Source: the human T2T-CHM13v2.0 reference genome, Homo sapiens. From it: a stretch of DNA of 64,000 nt. Below, one piece after another: positions 35,056 through 47,992 of this stretch. The DNA is taken from NCBI RefSeq assembly GCF_009914755.1, contig NC_060940.1. The stretch is one strand, 5' to 3'. Positions within the stretch are counted from its first letter, which is position 1, and each line of letters opens with the position of its first letter. The notes beneath the pieces are model-generated. The model was not told the DNA's origin. It saw nothing but the letters and a program-made list of their open reading frames with translations, and made no database searches. A program made the position numbers and the translations under genes.

Positions 35056-37015
35056 CCCCTTTCCCATCTTGTTGAGATGCCCTCTCCCTAAGGACAAGCC
35101 GTCGGTCTTTCTTTGCTGGGTGCCATCCTTGCCTTCCCTTCTCCAGGCCTAGAGGGAAAAAAAGTGGCTCCTTGTTCTGTGTGCTTTGTCCACAATCCCT
35201 GGGGATCTGCTTTCAAGTGTGGAGGTGATGACAGGGTGACAAATGGCTGGCGTGCAGGTAAGCCACCGGCGGTGGGCTGCCGCAGAACAGTGGCCGTAGG
35301 GTTCACACCAGTTGACTGAGAAGTGAGCCCAGGTGGGCCCCATCTGCCTGCCACTCCCCAGCCCACATCCCATGCATCAGGCCTCATCAGGTCCATCTGC
35401 TACACTTCTGGGACACTCTTCAGGCACCTCTCACGAATCCAAAGACTATTTGTTGTCATTATTACCACCTGACTTTACACATATCATTCCCATTAATAAA
35501 AATACAATACTCACTTCTTACTGAGTACTTAGTCTGTGCCAGGCGAGAGCTAAGCTCTCTGGCTCGTATTCACTAAGTGGGCCAGGCTCCGTGTGAAGTG
35601 CTTTGCACGCAACCAGTGCGTTCAGGCACCTACGGCTTCAGTGCTATTATTAACTTCATTTCATGGATGAGAAAACGGAGGCCAGAGAAGCTCACAGCAC
35701 CCAAGGTCACAGAGCTGGGCGGGTCTGTGTGTGACTCTAAAGCCAGGTTCTTTGTCACCGGGCACCCCCGCCTCTCCCTGTCTGACAGCCATTCTGCAAG
35801 ACTGTATTAGGATTCCAGGTCTTTGGATGCAGAAATAGAAACTCCGAGAAGTCAAATTGTTAGTCCAAGTTCATACAGTGGACAAAGGGTGGTGTGAGAA
35901 TGCTTTGTTGGCATGCCACTGATGTGAAGAGATGTAGGGGCACCTGCCTGTATGTGAAAATGCATGTTTCTGGAAGCTTCAGAAACTTGGGTTCTAAATG
36001 AAGGGTTAGGGCTTCAACAAGTGGTGAGAGACAAATTTTAGCCTGAGAGAATGTCTTGGGTCTGTTGGAAAAGTCTTGTGCAGTTGTGTTATCATAGAAG
36101 GGCTCTAAAGTATGTAAAGAGACATAGGAGAAGGCTGGGCAAGGAAGAAGTAGAGGTGCAGGTTCTGCTGAAGTCTGGCCCCAGCCGGATCCCATGGGAA
36201 GCTCTGGGGCATGAAGGGTACTGCAGGGTTTCCCCACCTCAAGGCAAGGCGCTCAGCCTCTATACCTCTTATACATCAGTAATTGGCTATGGATTGTCCC
36301 ATGGTTGGGGTGGGAGGAGCACCTCTGTGCAAGGTGACAATTCTCCGGAGAATGGTCCAGGTCTGAGCCTTGGCACCCAACACCCACAGCAGCCGGGGAA
36401 TGGTGCACGATTGTCAGAGGGGAGCTTGGCAGGTATCATTGGCATCTCCTGTGAGTGGGAGACCCAGGAGACCCAGGTGTCACTAACTGGCTCCGCAGTC
36501 CCTCGAAAATCACTATGCCTTTCTCCTTCCTACCCTCCACCTCTGTCTTCCTCTCTTCCCTCTTGATCTTCTACCTGGTGGGCTGAGCCGGGCCCAGGCT
36601 TCTGGCTCTCGTATCAGACCATCGGCAATGACGGCCAATCTGCAGACTCCAGGAAGCACCCCAGTTTGGCTTCTTCCGAGCTCGGCCTGCTCACCACTTG
36701 CCCCCTCCTGTGGCCTGCCTGTCAGGGGATTCCCACTGACGTGCTCGGGAAGGCAGCTCAGGGAGCAGCTATGAGGCAGGCAGCTCCTCCTGACCAGACG
36801 GTGCCGAGGCCCCCAGCAGGGCAAGCAGCTGCCCTCCGGACGGCAGCCCAAGTGGGCTTGCTGCCAGGCACTTGCTTAACAGGAGCTGAGCTGTCCCGGT
36901 GCGTGCAAGGGGTCATTTCTAGAGCTTCCAGAAGGGTCTCGACTCTATACACAGAAACATCCTTTTCCACTCCTGTGATCTTCATTCAGTCTTTCATTCA
37001 TTCAACAATTATCTC

Positions 37016-37496
<481 letters not shown>

Positions 37497-37935
37497 TTAG
37501 ACGTGCAAAGAAAATATCGTTCCTTTGTTTTACTGTAATTGATCTGATCTTCCTCAAGGGAAGGGCAGATGGGGTGAAGAAATATCTTAAACTTGCCCAT
37601 TTATGGTTCTAGCCAACATGTCCATCTTAGAAGGAACTACTTTCTCTTTTAGTGAGACTCATGGATCTGAAACTTGAAGAGCAAAGCTACGGACACCTTC
37701 AACCTTGGAGCCATTGCCTCTGCCCTGAGTAGCTACTGGGCATGGGAGCAGTGGGAAATGGGCTTGGAGATAGCACCTGAGGACCCCCGAGGTAAAACCA
37801 GCCAAGTGTGTAAGGCTAGGCCAGGTGCAGTTTCAACACCCAGGGGTTCTCAAATTTACCTCTCTAGCCCAGACCTCTCCTCCAAACTCTGGGTCCATAA
37901 ATCCCCCTGCCTGGTCTATGCATTCCCTTAGATGA

Positions 37936-38620
<685 letters not shown>

Positions 38621-40039
38621 ATTGATTCAAAGACAACTCAAACTCAACACATCCAACAAATGCAGGGTGTATCCTTCTCAAATCTAGTCCTCTGCCAGCA
38701 TCGCCCATCTCAGTCAGTGTCTGCTTTTCTCCCAGGTGCCAATACCAACTGGGAATCGCCCTCTCCCTCACTGTCCATATCCAACTCATGGCCAAATCCT
38801 ATTTTCTGCCTACAAAGTTCCTGATCACTTTGCTCCATGACCACTGCCCCTCTGGAGGCCCAGGTACGGCCGTGTTTCCCAGACAGTCTCGGGAGTCACC
38901 TGATAGGTTTCCCTGTGTCCACTTAGACTCCTCGCTAGTCACCCCCTACACAGGAGCCAGAGGGAGACCATAATCCTGGTTATGTTTGTTGCTGGCAGAA
39001 AACCCTTTGATAGCTCCCAGTGCTCTAGCGTCTGGCCCTGCCAACCTCTCCAGGGTCACCTCCACCATGCACCCACTCGTCCCACTGATCTCCCATCCCT
39101 CTGGCTTTCTTACAGCTCTGCCAGCACGGAGCCTTGGTGCATGGGGTTTAAATCCAGGAATGCTCACCTCCTCCCTCCTCCTGGTTAGTTCACTCTCAGG
39201 ATGGCTTCCTACTCATGCTAGATACGGTCGCTCCCTGATATTCACTCTGTTTTCACTTATATGTGTGATTGTGTGGTTTGATCAATGTCTGTCTCCCTCA
39301 CTGGACTTTAAACTCCTGAAAGGAGGAATCATTTCTGTTTTGCTAGTACAGTGCCTGGCACAAAGTAGCTGGCTAATCAATATTTTTTACACAGCATGAA
39401 TGAATAAAATTTGTAATGAATTCATGAGTGAATGAAATGCAGCCCTTATCTTTGAACATCTCATTCTCACATTCCTGCTGCATTCTGGGGAATCCTGGAA
39501 GTGGGGCACTGTCCCTCTAGGGACATTTTTCCCATCCTTAGTAAAGGAGTCCAAATTCCTGGCCACCTGGAAGTCCTGTTCTGGCAGGAAATAGAGCAAA
39601 TTTGTTTGCAAATCAAGCCCAGGGCTCCCTGCCAGGCCCCCAGGCAGAGCCAAGCCCGCCTCACACGGACGCCCTGTGGATTTGCACTCATGCACGCTAC
39701 ATTTCCTTGTGTCCTCCTTGCCTGCACCTTTCTCTTCGTCCTCCACCTCCTTTCCTTAGAAATCCCATCTCACTATATGGAGTGATATGATCAACTTCCA
39801 GCTCAGCTCAGAGAAGATGAAGGGACTCTTCTAGATTAGCCAAGCACATTGGTGGATCTGGAACCCAGTTATTCCGAGAGCCCACTCGACAAAAAAGAGA
39901 ACAAAAACAGCCAACACCATCGACCCTGTGCCAATCACGGTGCTAGGTAATTTGCATAGATTATTTTATGGAATCATTACAACAATCCTTCTACACAGGT
40001 TTCATTAGGATTAGAGAGAACCTAGAATTCATTTACTAG

Positions 40040-40322
40040 ATGAGGGCCAGTAAACTATGTCCCACAGGCCAAATTAGGTCCACCAAGTTCTTCTTCTTCT
40101 TCTTCTTCTTCTTATTATTATTATTATTATTACTACTACTACTAAAAGAAGTATTATTGGAACAGAGTCATATTGCTCTGTTTACATATTATCTATAGCT
40201 GCTTTTGCACTATAATACCAGGGTTGAGTAGTTGAGACAGAGAACCTACGGCCCACGAAGCAGCCCCCCTCAAAAAAAATTCCTATTTAGCCCATTACAA
40301 AAAAAAAGTTTGCCAACTCCTG
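40040..40322. mobile_element. MER58A-like element with a (CTT)n(ATT)n(ACT)n compound microsatellite at 40087-40143
   Basis: TATTGGAACAGAGTCAT...GTTGAGTAGTTG...GTTTGCCAACTCCTG. Confidence 0.75.
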
Positions 40323-43300
40323 TTTTAGATGACACCCTTCCCCCAGACTCTCCCTTTTATATTTGAATTCGTTTGTCCGAATGTTTTTTTTTCACCCAAT
40401 GTTAAAGCAAACATGTTCCGCAGCTTGTTTGAATTTTCTGTGTTGAGCACCCAACACTAGAGGTGTCAGTTACTTTCACCATGCCCATAGATGTCCCTAA
40501 GGGAAATAGGCCCCTCTCTGTGCTGCCCACTGCCCTCCTGAGACTTGTCCCCAGCCACAGCTGATTGGACTAAGAGATGGGTGTCCAACCCTAGGCGGCC
40601 TTGCAAGGCAGGACAGCAGCTGATGATCTGAATGGCTTCACATGAAAAGATAAGCTAGACCAACCAGATTTTTCTCTCGGGAGTCTGGAATATGGAAACA
40701 GAGGCAAGGCTGTCAGGGGAAATGGAAGGTAGAGGAGTCTTGGGGACAAGTTGTGGCTGGTGACTGTAAAGGGCAAGGTTGTAAGGATGCCTGCTGGGAG
40801 GGAGAGAAGAAAATAGAGGCACAGTGCACACAGAGACAATCTGTGAAGGAGTGGCCCTGTGCTCTAAGAGAAAGAGGGACAGAGAAATTTGGTTCCAAAA
40901 GGTTGCCTGTTTCCAGCTCCCATGAGGACAACTGTCCTCTTCATGGATTATCAGTCAGGTCTTTTAGGTTGCAAATGAAAGAAAACCTACCATAAATGGG
41001 CTTGAACACTAAAGGGTATATATTGACTCGTGCAACTGAGAAGTCCAAAGGTACTTCAGGCTCAGCTTGATCCAGCAGTTCAAATGATGTCACTTGTGAC
41101 CTGACTTCTTGCAGTCTCTCTGCTCTGCCTTTTGCAACATTGGCTTCAACCTCAGTGTCTACTCTGTGCTCTCTCCCATTTCCCTCACTCCAGGCTCTGC
41201 ACTCATGGTGTCAAGATAGCTGCAGTGATTCCAGACCTCACAGCTTCACACCAGACTGTCTGCAAATAGACAGGAGGTCCCAGTAGCTCCTTTGCATTCT
41301 GGGATATGATGTCTCATTGCCTATCCCTGAACCAGTTGCTTTGGCCAGGGTGGAGATGGGTTGCACTCATTTGGATTAAACTCACCATCACTTGCCTTCG
41401 GTTTTCTCCCCTGTAATAACATTTGAATGCTTATTTTGTTCCAGGCCTTGCATCACCCTTAACATGCATTACCTCTCTTAATGCTCACAAAGCCTGTGAG
41501 GCAGTTACTAGGATTATCCCCATTTTACCAATGAGGAAATACAAGCTCAGAGAGCGTAGACACCTTACCCAGGATTACAAAGCCAACACATAGTAGAACT
41601 GCCGATAAAAAGCAGATCCAGGAGCTGAAAGGGGCCTGTGGAATTCTGGAGCCTGAGCCCTCAGCCCCTGTGTCCCTGCTTGCAGAGGGAGGATCACCCA
41701 ACAGCCCCCAGCTACTGCTATTTCACCTCCTGTTGCTATCCTGGTGACCCAAATCCTTTGCACAGAGGGAGCTGTCCATAGATCTCAAGTTTCAGACCGG
41801 GTTATTCACAAGTCCTGCTTCCACCTCTGGGTTCCTCTGGTTTCTCTATTTTCTCCACCACCTCAGTCCGTTTCCATGGAAACTGCTGGGCTCCTGCATC
41901 CCTTTCATCCTCCTTTCTGGGAAGCAAGGCCAGCTCTCCAGCACTCCGGTAGCCAGGCCTGACCATTATAAAAACCAAAGAAGCAATATCTGGAAGAAAC
42001 ACTTCTAGGCATAGGGAGGTACCAGGTCAGGCTTCGTATTTTTTCCTTTGAAGTGCTCCAAAATAACACCAGGTGCTCTAAGGAGCTCAGCCAATTACCG
42101 AAGCCCAGTGGATCCTGGCTGGAAAGTTGTTTGTCATCTGTCCTCTGACATCTCACCACTTCAGTCACCAAGCCTCCCTCCCTTCTTGAGGGAGTGATTC
42201 TAGGGTCCTGGGGCAGAGGGACAGTTGGGCAAGTCTCCCTGCCAATCCTTGGTGTCAGATCACAGCACTCAAATGAGCTGGTGGGCTGGGGATGCGAAAG
42301 TGAAGGTGGTCCCCAGTTTGCCCTTCTGGTGGAGGGAGGAACCAGCCATCAGAGAACTGGTGGGTAAACAGTGGGCTTGGCATTACTCCTTAACGCTGGG
42401 AGGGGCCCTGTGGCTCCAGTGGCCAGGGTCCGGGAAGAACTTTATACATAGTGCCCAGGAGCTTGGCACCTGGTCCACAAAGACTCCATATACCATGGAA
42501 ACTGGAGGGGACAAAGTGTTCTTGGTACCCCACCCCTCCCAGGTCTTGGTTGGGTGTTAATCTCTCTGAGCCTTGATTTCCCTATCTTTGGAATGGGTCA
42601 AATTCTTGCATTGCACACCTGATAGGGGAGTTGTGAGGACCAGACAAAGCAAGACACATCAAAACCCTCTGTAAAGGCATTTAAAGGTATCCTCACGGTT
42701 ATCGCCATCATTGTCGTCATCATCATCATTATCATTATTGTAATAAAACTCGAGGGGAAGTCCTGGAAGGGAAGCAGAACCCCAGACATCTGAAATTACT
42801 TACAAGAGCCTTAATTCACGGAAATGTGCTCATAAATGTTCCGTCTTTACCGTCACTGCTTTAAAATACGCTCATCGAACCTCTCTTTCCTATCTCTGAA
42901 TGATTTCTTATCTGAGTCCATGTTTCTCCTCACACATTTGGTTATTGAAACTTGGACCAGTCCAGCTAAGACTCCAGTCTCTTCTCCAATGCAAAGCTCT
43001 TCTCCTTTCCCATTGCAAACTGGACAAGGAGCTTGGGTCTGGAGCTGAGCCTGGAGAGAAGGGATGGCTGGCTCTAAGACATCCCCTCCTGGTAGGGCAG
43101 AGGGAGCTGCAAGGAGAGATGAGGGGCGGGAGGTCTTCCTACCTCTCTGGTCGCTTGCAGGTTGTAAGAGCATCCCAGGCTTTGGCTCCCGCTGCTGATC
43201 TCTGAGGAATTTGAGGGCCTGTGCATAGTGGAGTGAAGGTTTTTTGGAGCGGTCTTCAGCTCCGCTCTAGCTTCCTCAACACCGAGGATATCATAAACAC

Positions 43301-44394
43301 CAGCAGGTATCTGGCTTCGGCCCCCTCTTTAAACTATATGCACCTTTCCCAGGAGCCATAGCAACCCCCAAGGGCTGCCGAGAACCATGGTGGCTCCCAT
43401 CTTCCTTCTAGACGCAGGACAGGGCAGTCTAAGCTGCTTTCATAGGCCATCAGACAGCTCTGAGTCAGAAGCAAGCGCCAGTCCCAACTCCATATGTGGC
43501 CCAAACTCCAGAACACTGCTCACCCCAGCCCACTCTGGAGCCAGGTGACATCTCCAGTTCCTCCTTGCTGCTGAAATCCCCCACAACCTGAAGGGGATTT
43601 CTGGGGGTTCCTCCAACAAAACTTGACTTCAGGACAGCCACAAATGCTGCACTCCCAGAAGGCCAATGCTCCTCTCTCCCGCACCCAGACATCTCCCCTG
43701 ATAATCCCTGGCCTTGGTGGGTGGTGGCGGGCAGGCTGAGCAAGCCAGGAAGACACGAGGCATCTGATTGCTGTGATTCCAGATGTGGCCTAACTGCCAC
43801 TATCTCAGAACAACAAGAAAAATCCCTCCTCACATCCTTGCATTGGTAAGAATACCTGCCTATTAATTAAGCACTTACGGCTGCTGGGGTTCTTGCTAGC
43901 TAACCCCTTGATTACATTCTTTTTGGTGCTTCCACTGACTTTGTGAAACTAATTACCTTGATTTTTAGAAAGGTTCAAAGAGGTTAAATAGCTTTGCCCA
44001 AGGCCTCACAACCAGCAAGAGGGTTTTGAGCCCATATCTATCTGACTCCAGGGCAGGAACTTGTAACTGCTCAATGTGGCTGTTTCTGCAGGACTCAACT
44101 TGGAGATAAACCACAAACGCACCAGCTTGGGCTCCTCAGTCCTCCAGGAATGGGCCTCCCAGAAACAGACCAACTGTGCATCTGAAATGAACGAGGCAAG
44201 ACTGTCCCAGTAGACAGTTTAAAGGTCACTGTGGCCACCCTACTGTCATACCCAGAACCATGTCCCCCTGATCTCAACAGCTCTGGAAAGCAGGAAGTAG
44301 GAGCTTCACTCTTTACTCCTCACCAGGAAAACCAAAGTGGCATGGAGACACTGGCTTTGCTTCTTGGAGAAGCAGGGATGAGCTCTCTCACCCA

Positions 44395-44587
44395 ACACAG
44401 ATTTGGGACAGGGGCCTGAATGACAGGTGTCAGAGCCCACAGGGCTGAGCCTGGCCCCGTGGGGGGCTGTGCAGCGCAGTGGTTAAGAACTTGTGTTCTG
44501 GAGACAGTATCTGTCTTAGCCTTTCCCGTTGGCCTCCCGTTGGGGTCAGCCCCTCCAGGATCCATTCATTAGCTACCCCAGGGGAGG
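44395..44587 (+). repeat. Inverted repeat, left arm (partner 47804-47992)
   Basis: Manual alignment to the reverse complement of 47804-47992: 9 substitutions plus one 4-nt indel (CATT). Confidence 0.97.
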
Positions 44588-44684
44588 TGATGCTGACTGA
44601 GAAATTTCTTGCCAAGCCAACCACTGATCACTGGCTCCATGAAGGGCGGCAGGAGCCCTAACTCATTTAATCCTCAGAACAATT

Positions 44685-45006
44685 ATATTATTATTATTAT
44701 TACTATTATTAGAGACAGAGTCTCGCTCTGTCGCCCAGGCTGGGGTGCAGTGGTGCGATCTTGGCTCACTGCAACCTTTCCGCCTCCCGGGTTCAAGCGA
44801 TTCTCCTGCCTCAGCCTCCCAAGTAGCTGGGATTACAAGCATGCACCGCCACGCCTGGCTAATTTTTTTTTTTTTTTTTTTTTTTTTTAGTAGAGACTGG
44901 GTTTCACCATGTTGGCCAGGATGATCTCAATCTCTTAACCTCGTGATCTGCCCACCTCGGCCTCCCAAAGTGCTAGGATTACAGGCATGAGCCACGGCAC
45001 CCAGCC
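44685..45006 (-). mobile_element. Alu (AluS-like) inside the inverted-repeat spacer
   Basis: (ATT)n tail, expanded central T run; TSD AACAATT. Confidence 0.92.
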
Positions 45007-46563
45007 AACAATTCTAAAAGGCGTATGCCCACATGCCCATTTTGCAGAAGAGAAAAACTGAGGCAGAGACAGGTTATATAATTTGCTCAAGGTCACACAG
45101 CTTATTCTGGGATTCACACCCAAGCAGCCTGATTCTTGAGTGCCTACTCTTAACCACTGAGTCATCCTGCCTCCCTAGGGGCTTTGGTGAATCTCTCAGC
45201 AAGGTGGATGGGTACCTCTAAAGCTAGCTTTTGATGACTTCTCCCCCCAGTCTGTTCCTGCAAGTAACTCTAAACACATTCACCCTAGGCAAAGAACAAG
45301 TGGTTTTGGAACCTGCATTCTCTATTGCCCCTTTGAGACTCGCTCTGGGCTTGGCCCTCTCTCCAAGGGACAACCCTCTCTCTGTCTCCTCCTGGGTTCC
45401 CCTCTCCCCCAGCGACCTCCTTTTCATTCTCACTTACCTCCTTGCCTTTCACTCTCCTCTTGGAAGGTGGTTCAGCTAACACTCATTAGCACATGTTAAA
45501 GATCGCCAATTCATGTCTCAGTCACTCCGTAGCAGGAGAGGGGAGAAAGGAGGGATGATGCTGTCACTCTGTGGGTAATGTGTCTTACCTTACCACACCA
45601 CAAGGCCAGGACAGACCCCTAAGGGCTCAGACCGCAGGAGAGAATGGGGAGAGGGCCCAGCTCCCTGCTGGGGAGTCCTGTCTGCTGCCCTCAGGATGTG
45701 CGCTCAGTAGCTGCGTCTATTTTCTCTGAGACCAGCTCAGAACATCCCCAAGACAGAGTTGGACGTTGTTCTCTGTCCACTGGAGCAGGCACATTCCCAC
45801 GATGTCCCTAGGTGGGCGTGGTTAAGACCTGGTACGGGTTGATCTAGTTCTGCCACCCCCTGGCCAAATGTCTAAAAGCCCCCCAGAGCATGGCCAGCGT
45901 GAGGCAGGTACCAGGGGTGGAGGGAGGCTCCGAGGGGACGGATATACGAAGACCCAAACAGACAGTGGAAGCCCCCCACCCCCACCCCACACCACTTCCA
46001 TCGGAATCCTCCCGGGGCACTGCTGATTCCAGCTGCTCCCCACTAAAGCCTTGAGAACTCTTGGCTGCTCTGCAAGACTGAGCCCCATGAAGGAGCCACG
46101 TGCGGCGTGGAAAGAGTGCTGAGTTCAAATTGTAGCCCTGCCACTAATTTGCTGGGCCAGTCACTTAATCATCTGAAGTCACAAGTACCTCATCAGAAAA
46201 GTGGTCCCAGCTCTTCCTGCTGTGGAAGGATCAGAAGAGAGGAGGCACGACAGAGACCTAGTGAACTCCGAAGCCCGAGTGCTAAATATTTGTCAAGTTT
46301 GTGTTAGTATTACTATTAGTGTTGTTACTGCTGTTATTATTATTGCTACTGCCAGCAATAATAAGTGGTGGATGTACTCAAGACGGTCGGGAGGGAAGGC
46401 AAGGGCAGCCTCTCCCTCATTTTCACCGAAAATCCTCCGGGTGTCCCTGGCCCCGCGCCGAGGGGTCTCAGCGCAGAGGTAAGGGCCCTCTAGGAGTCCG
46501 GGCCGAGCCTCTCGCGCCGCCGCCCCCGCCGCGCCGCGCCCCGGTCGGATTCCCTGAGCGCGC

Positions 46564-46577
46564 GCGCCCCCTTCTGG
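46564..46577 (-). promoter_or_regulatory. CTCF-like core motif (CCAGAAGGGGGCGC on - strand)
   Basis: One deviation from CCASYAGRKGGCRS; GC-rich context raises the chance of a random match. Confidence 0.45.
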
Positions 46578-46584
46578 CGGCCGG

Positions 46585-46595
46585 GCGCAGGCGCA
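46585..46595. promoter_or_regulatory. NRF1-like motif GCGCAGGCGCA
   Basis: Matches the NRF-1 consensus (YGCGCANGCGCR), just upstream of the TATA. Confidence 0.6.
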
Positions 46596-46607
46596 GGCTC
46601 CAGAGCG

Positions 46608-46615
46608 TATATAAG
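46608..46615 (+). promoter_or_regulatory. TATA box (TATATAAG)
   Basis: Only AT-rich island in the GC-rich promoter, ~100 nt upstream of the ATG. Confidence 0.88.
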
Positions 46616-46706
46616 GGCAGCGTGGCGCACAACCCCAGCGCGAGTGCCAGAGCCCAGCCGGCGCGGAGCGGGAGCGGTGCAGGCTGAGGTCTCCGAGCGG
46701 CTCGCC

Positions 46707-46800
46707 ATGGCTGGCCCGCAGCAGCAGCCCCCTTACCTGCACCTGGCCGAGCTGACGGCGTCCCAGTTCCTGGAAATATGGAAGCACTTTGACGCAGACG
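46707..46800 (+). CDS. CALB2: Calretinin coding exon 1 (MAGPQQQPPYLHLAELTASQFLEIWKHFDAD + phase-1 G)
   Basis: Kozak GCCATGG at 46704-46710; 94 nt then a GTCAGT donor at 46801. Translation is the calretinin N-terminus; the intron interrupts the EF-hand 1 loop DAD|GNGYIE. Confidence 0.98.
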
Positions 46801-47803
46801 GTCAGTAAAGCTCCCAACTTCTGTGCCCATTGGCACCCAGGGGACCTGCGGTGAAGGGGGCAGGGGGCGGCGCTGAATGCGGGCAGGTGTACGTTTGCCC
46901 TCAGGAGGTGGTCTGGTCGCAGAGCCTGCTGGGGTAGTGGTCCCGGGTTTGGGAGACATCCGGCTGCTCTGGGCACAACTGTCAGTAACTTTCTTCCCTA
47001 ACATAGATGACCCAGAGCCCACCCGCATTTGCACCTTTATTCTGAGCAAGTGGGAGCTTTCTCAGAGAGGTGGCCTGGGCTGGGAAGGCCTCCAGGTTCC
47101 CCCTGCCATCTCCCCCACCTCCCCTGCCTTCAGCTGCTCCAGCCACAGGTCTCAGAAGACCACTCATTTCTTTCCTCCTCTTCCCCTTTTGTTGAATGCT
47201 AGGTTAGCCCCCTTACCCTGCTGGAGGCTGGGATAAATTAGGGGATCCTGAAGGGAAACGTGGCCTCCCCAGCTTGATTGGCTGGGAGCAGGAGTGGAAA
47301 ATGGCATTGGGGGCCCTGAACACCCCCCTGCTTCCTTTGTCCATTTTCCAGCCGCCGTGGGCATGTAGGTTTCCCAATACAGCAGCAGTGGGTGTGGTGG
47401 CGGGCAGCGTTGGGGTGCCAGTCCCAGACCTGTTCCCTCATAGTGATAATCCTGGGTACTCTTGGTGACTTCATCTCTGGGTAGGGGGAGGCACCACCCT
47501 AAGTGCCTCAGTGACTAACCCTCTGCTCTGTGTGGTCTTGACACTGACTCACCCAAAAAGCAAGGGCCAGACCAAATGACCTTTGGAGGTAGCCCCCAGC
47601 ACTGGGATTCCAAGTGTCTGTGGTGGTCTGACTCAGGCATAAAGGGTGGTCCTCCTTTAGAGGCTTTTGATATCACTAGAGACTCTGTTTCTGTTACTCC
47701 GAAAAAATAAGTGATCTGATTTCCCTCTCTACGCACAGACCTGGCTAAGATGAGCATCCAAAATATCCTGGCATCTCAGACATTTTGTGGTGTCTGTAGC
47801 TAC

Positions 47804-47992
47804 CCTCCCCTCGGGTAGCTAATGGCTCCTGGAGGGGCTGACCCCAAAGGGAGGCCAACGGGAAAGGCTAAGACAGATGCTGTCTCCAGAAGACAAGTTC
47901 TTAACCACTGCACTGCACAGCCCCCCAGGGGGCCAGGCTCAGCCTTGTGGGCTCTGACACCTGTCATTCAGGCCCCTGTCCCAGATCTGTGT
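47804..47992 (-). repeat. Inverted repeat, right arm, in CALB2 intron 1
   Basis: Reverse complement of 44395-44587; also visible as near-identical spurious ORFs 44320..44565(-) and 47822..48163(+). Confidence 0.97.

Larger units (their letters stand above)
46380..46900. promoter_or_regulatory. CALB2: CpG island / CALB2 promoter and 5' UTR
   Basis: Dense CpG and GC content against CpG-poor flanks; overlaps the TATA box and exon 1. TSS inferred ~25-30 nt downstream of the TATA (~46630-46645). Confidence 0.9.

Noticed and set aside
36888-36907. RE1 half-site matches (also ~41769-41788)
   Set aside because: Wrong spacer or poor left half-site.
46293-47049. Long antisense ORFs (227 and 193 aa) across the promoter
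   Set aside because: Stop-poor GC-rich CpG island; low-complexity Ala/Arg/Gly/Pro content and no recognisable domain.
47920-47936. CTCF-like CCCCCAGGGGGCCA within the right IR arm
   Set aside because: Several core mismatches, and the left arm differs at this position.
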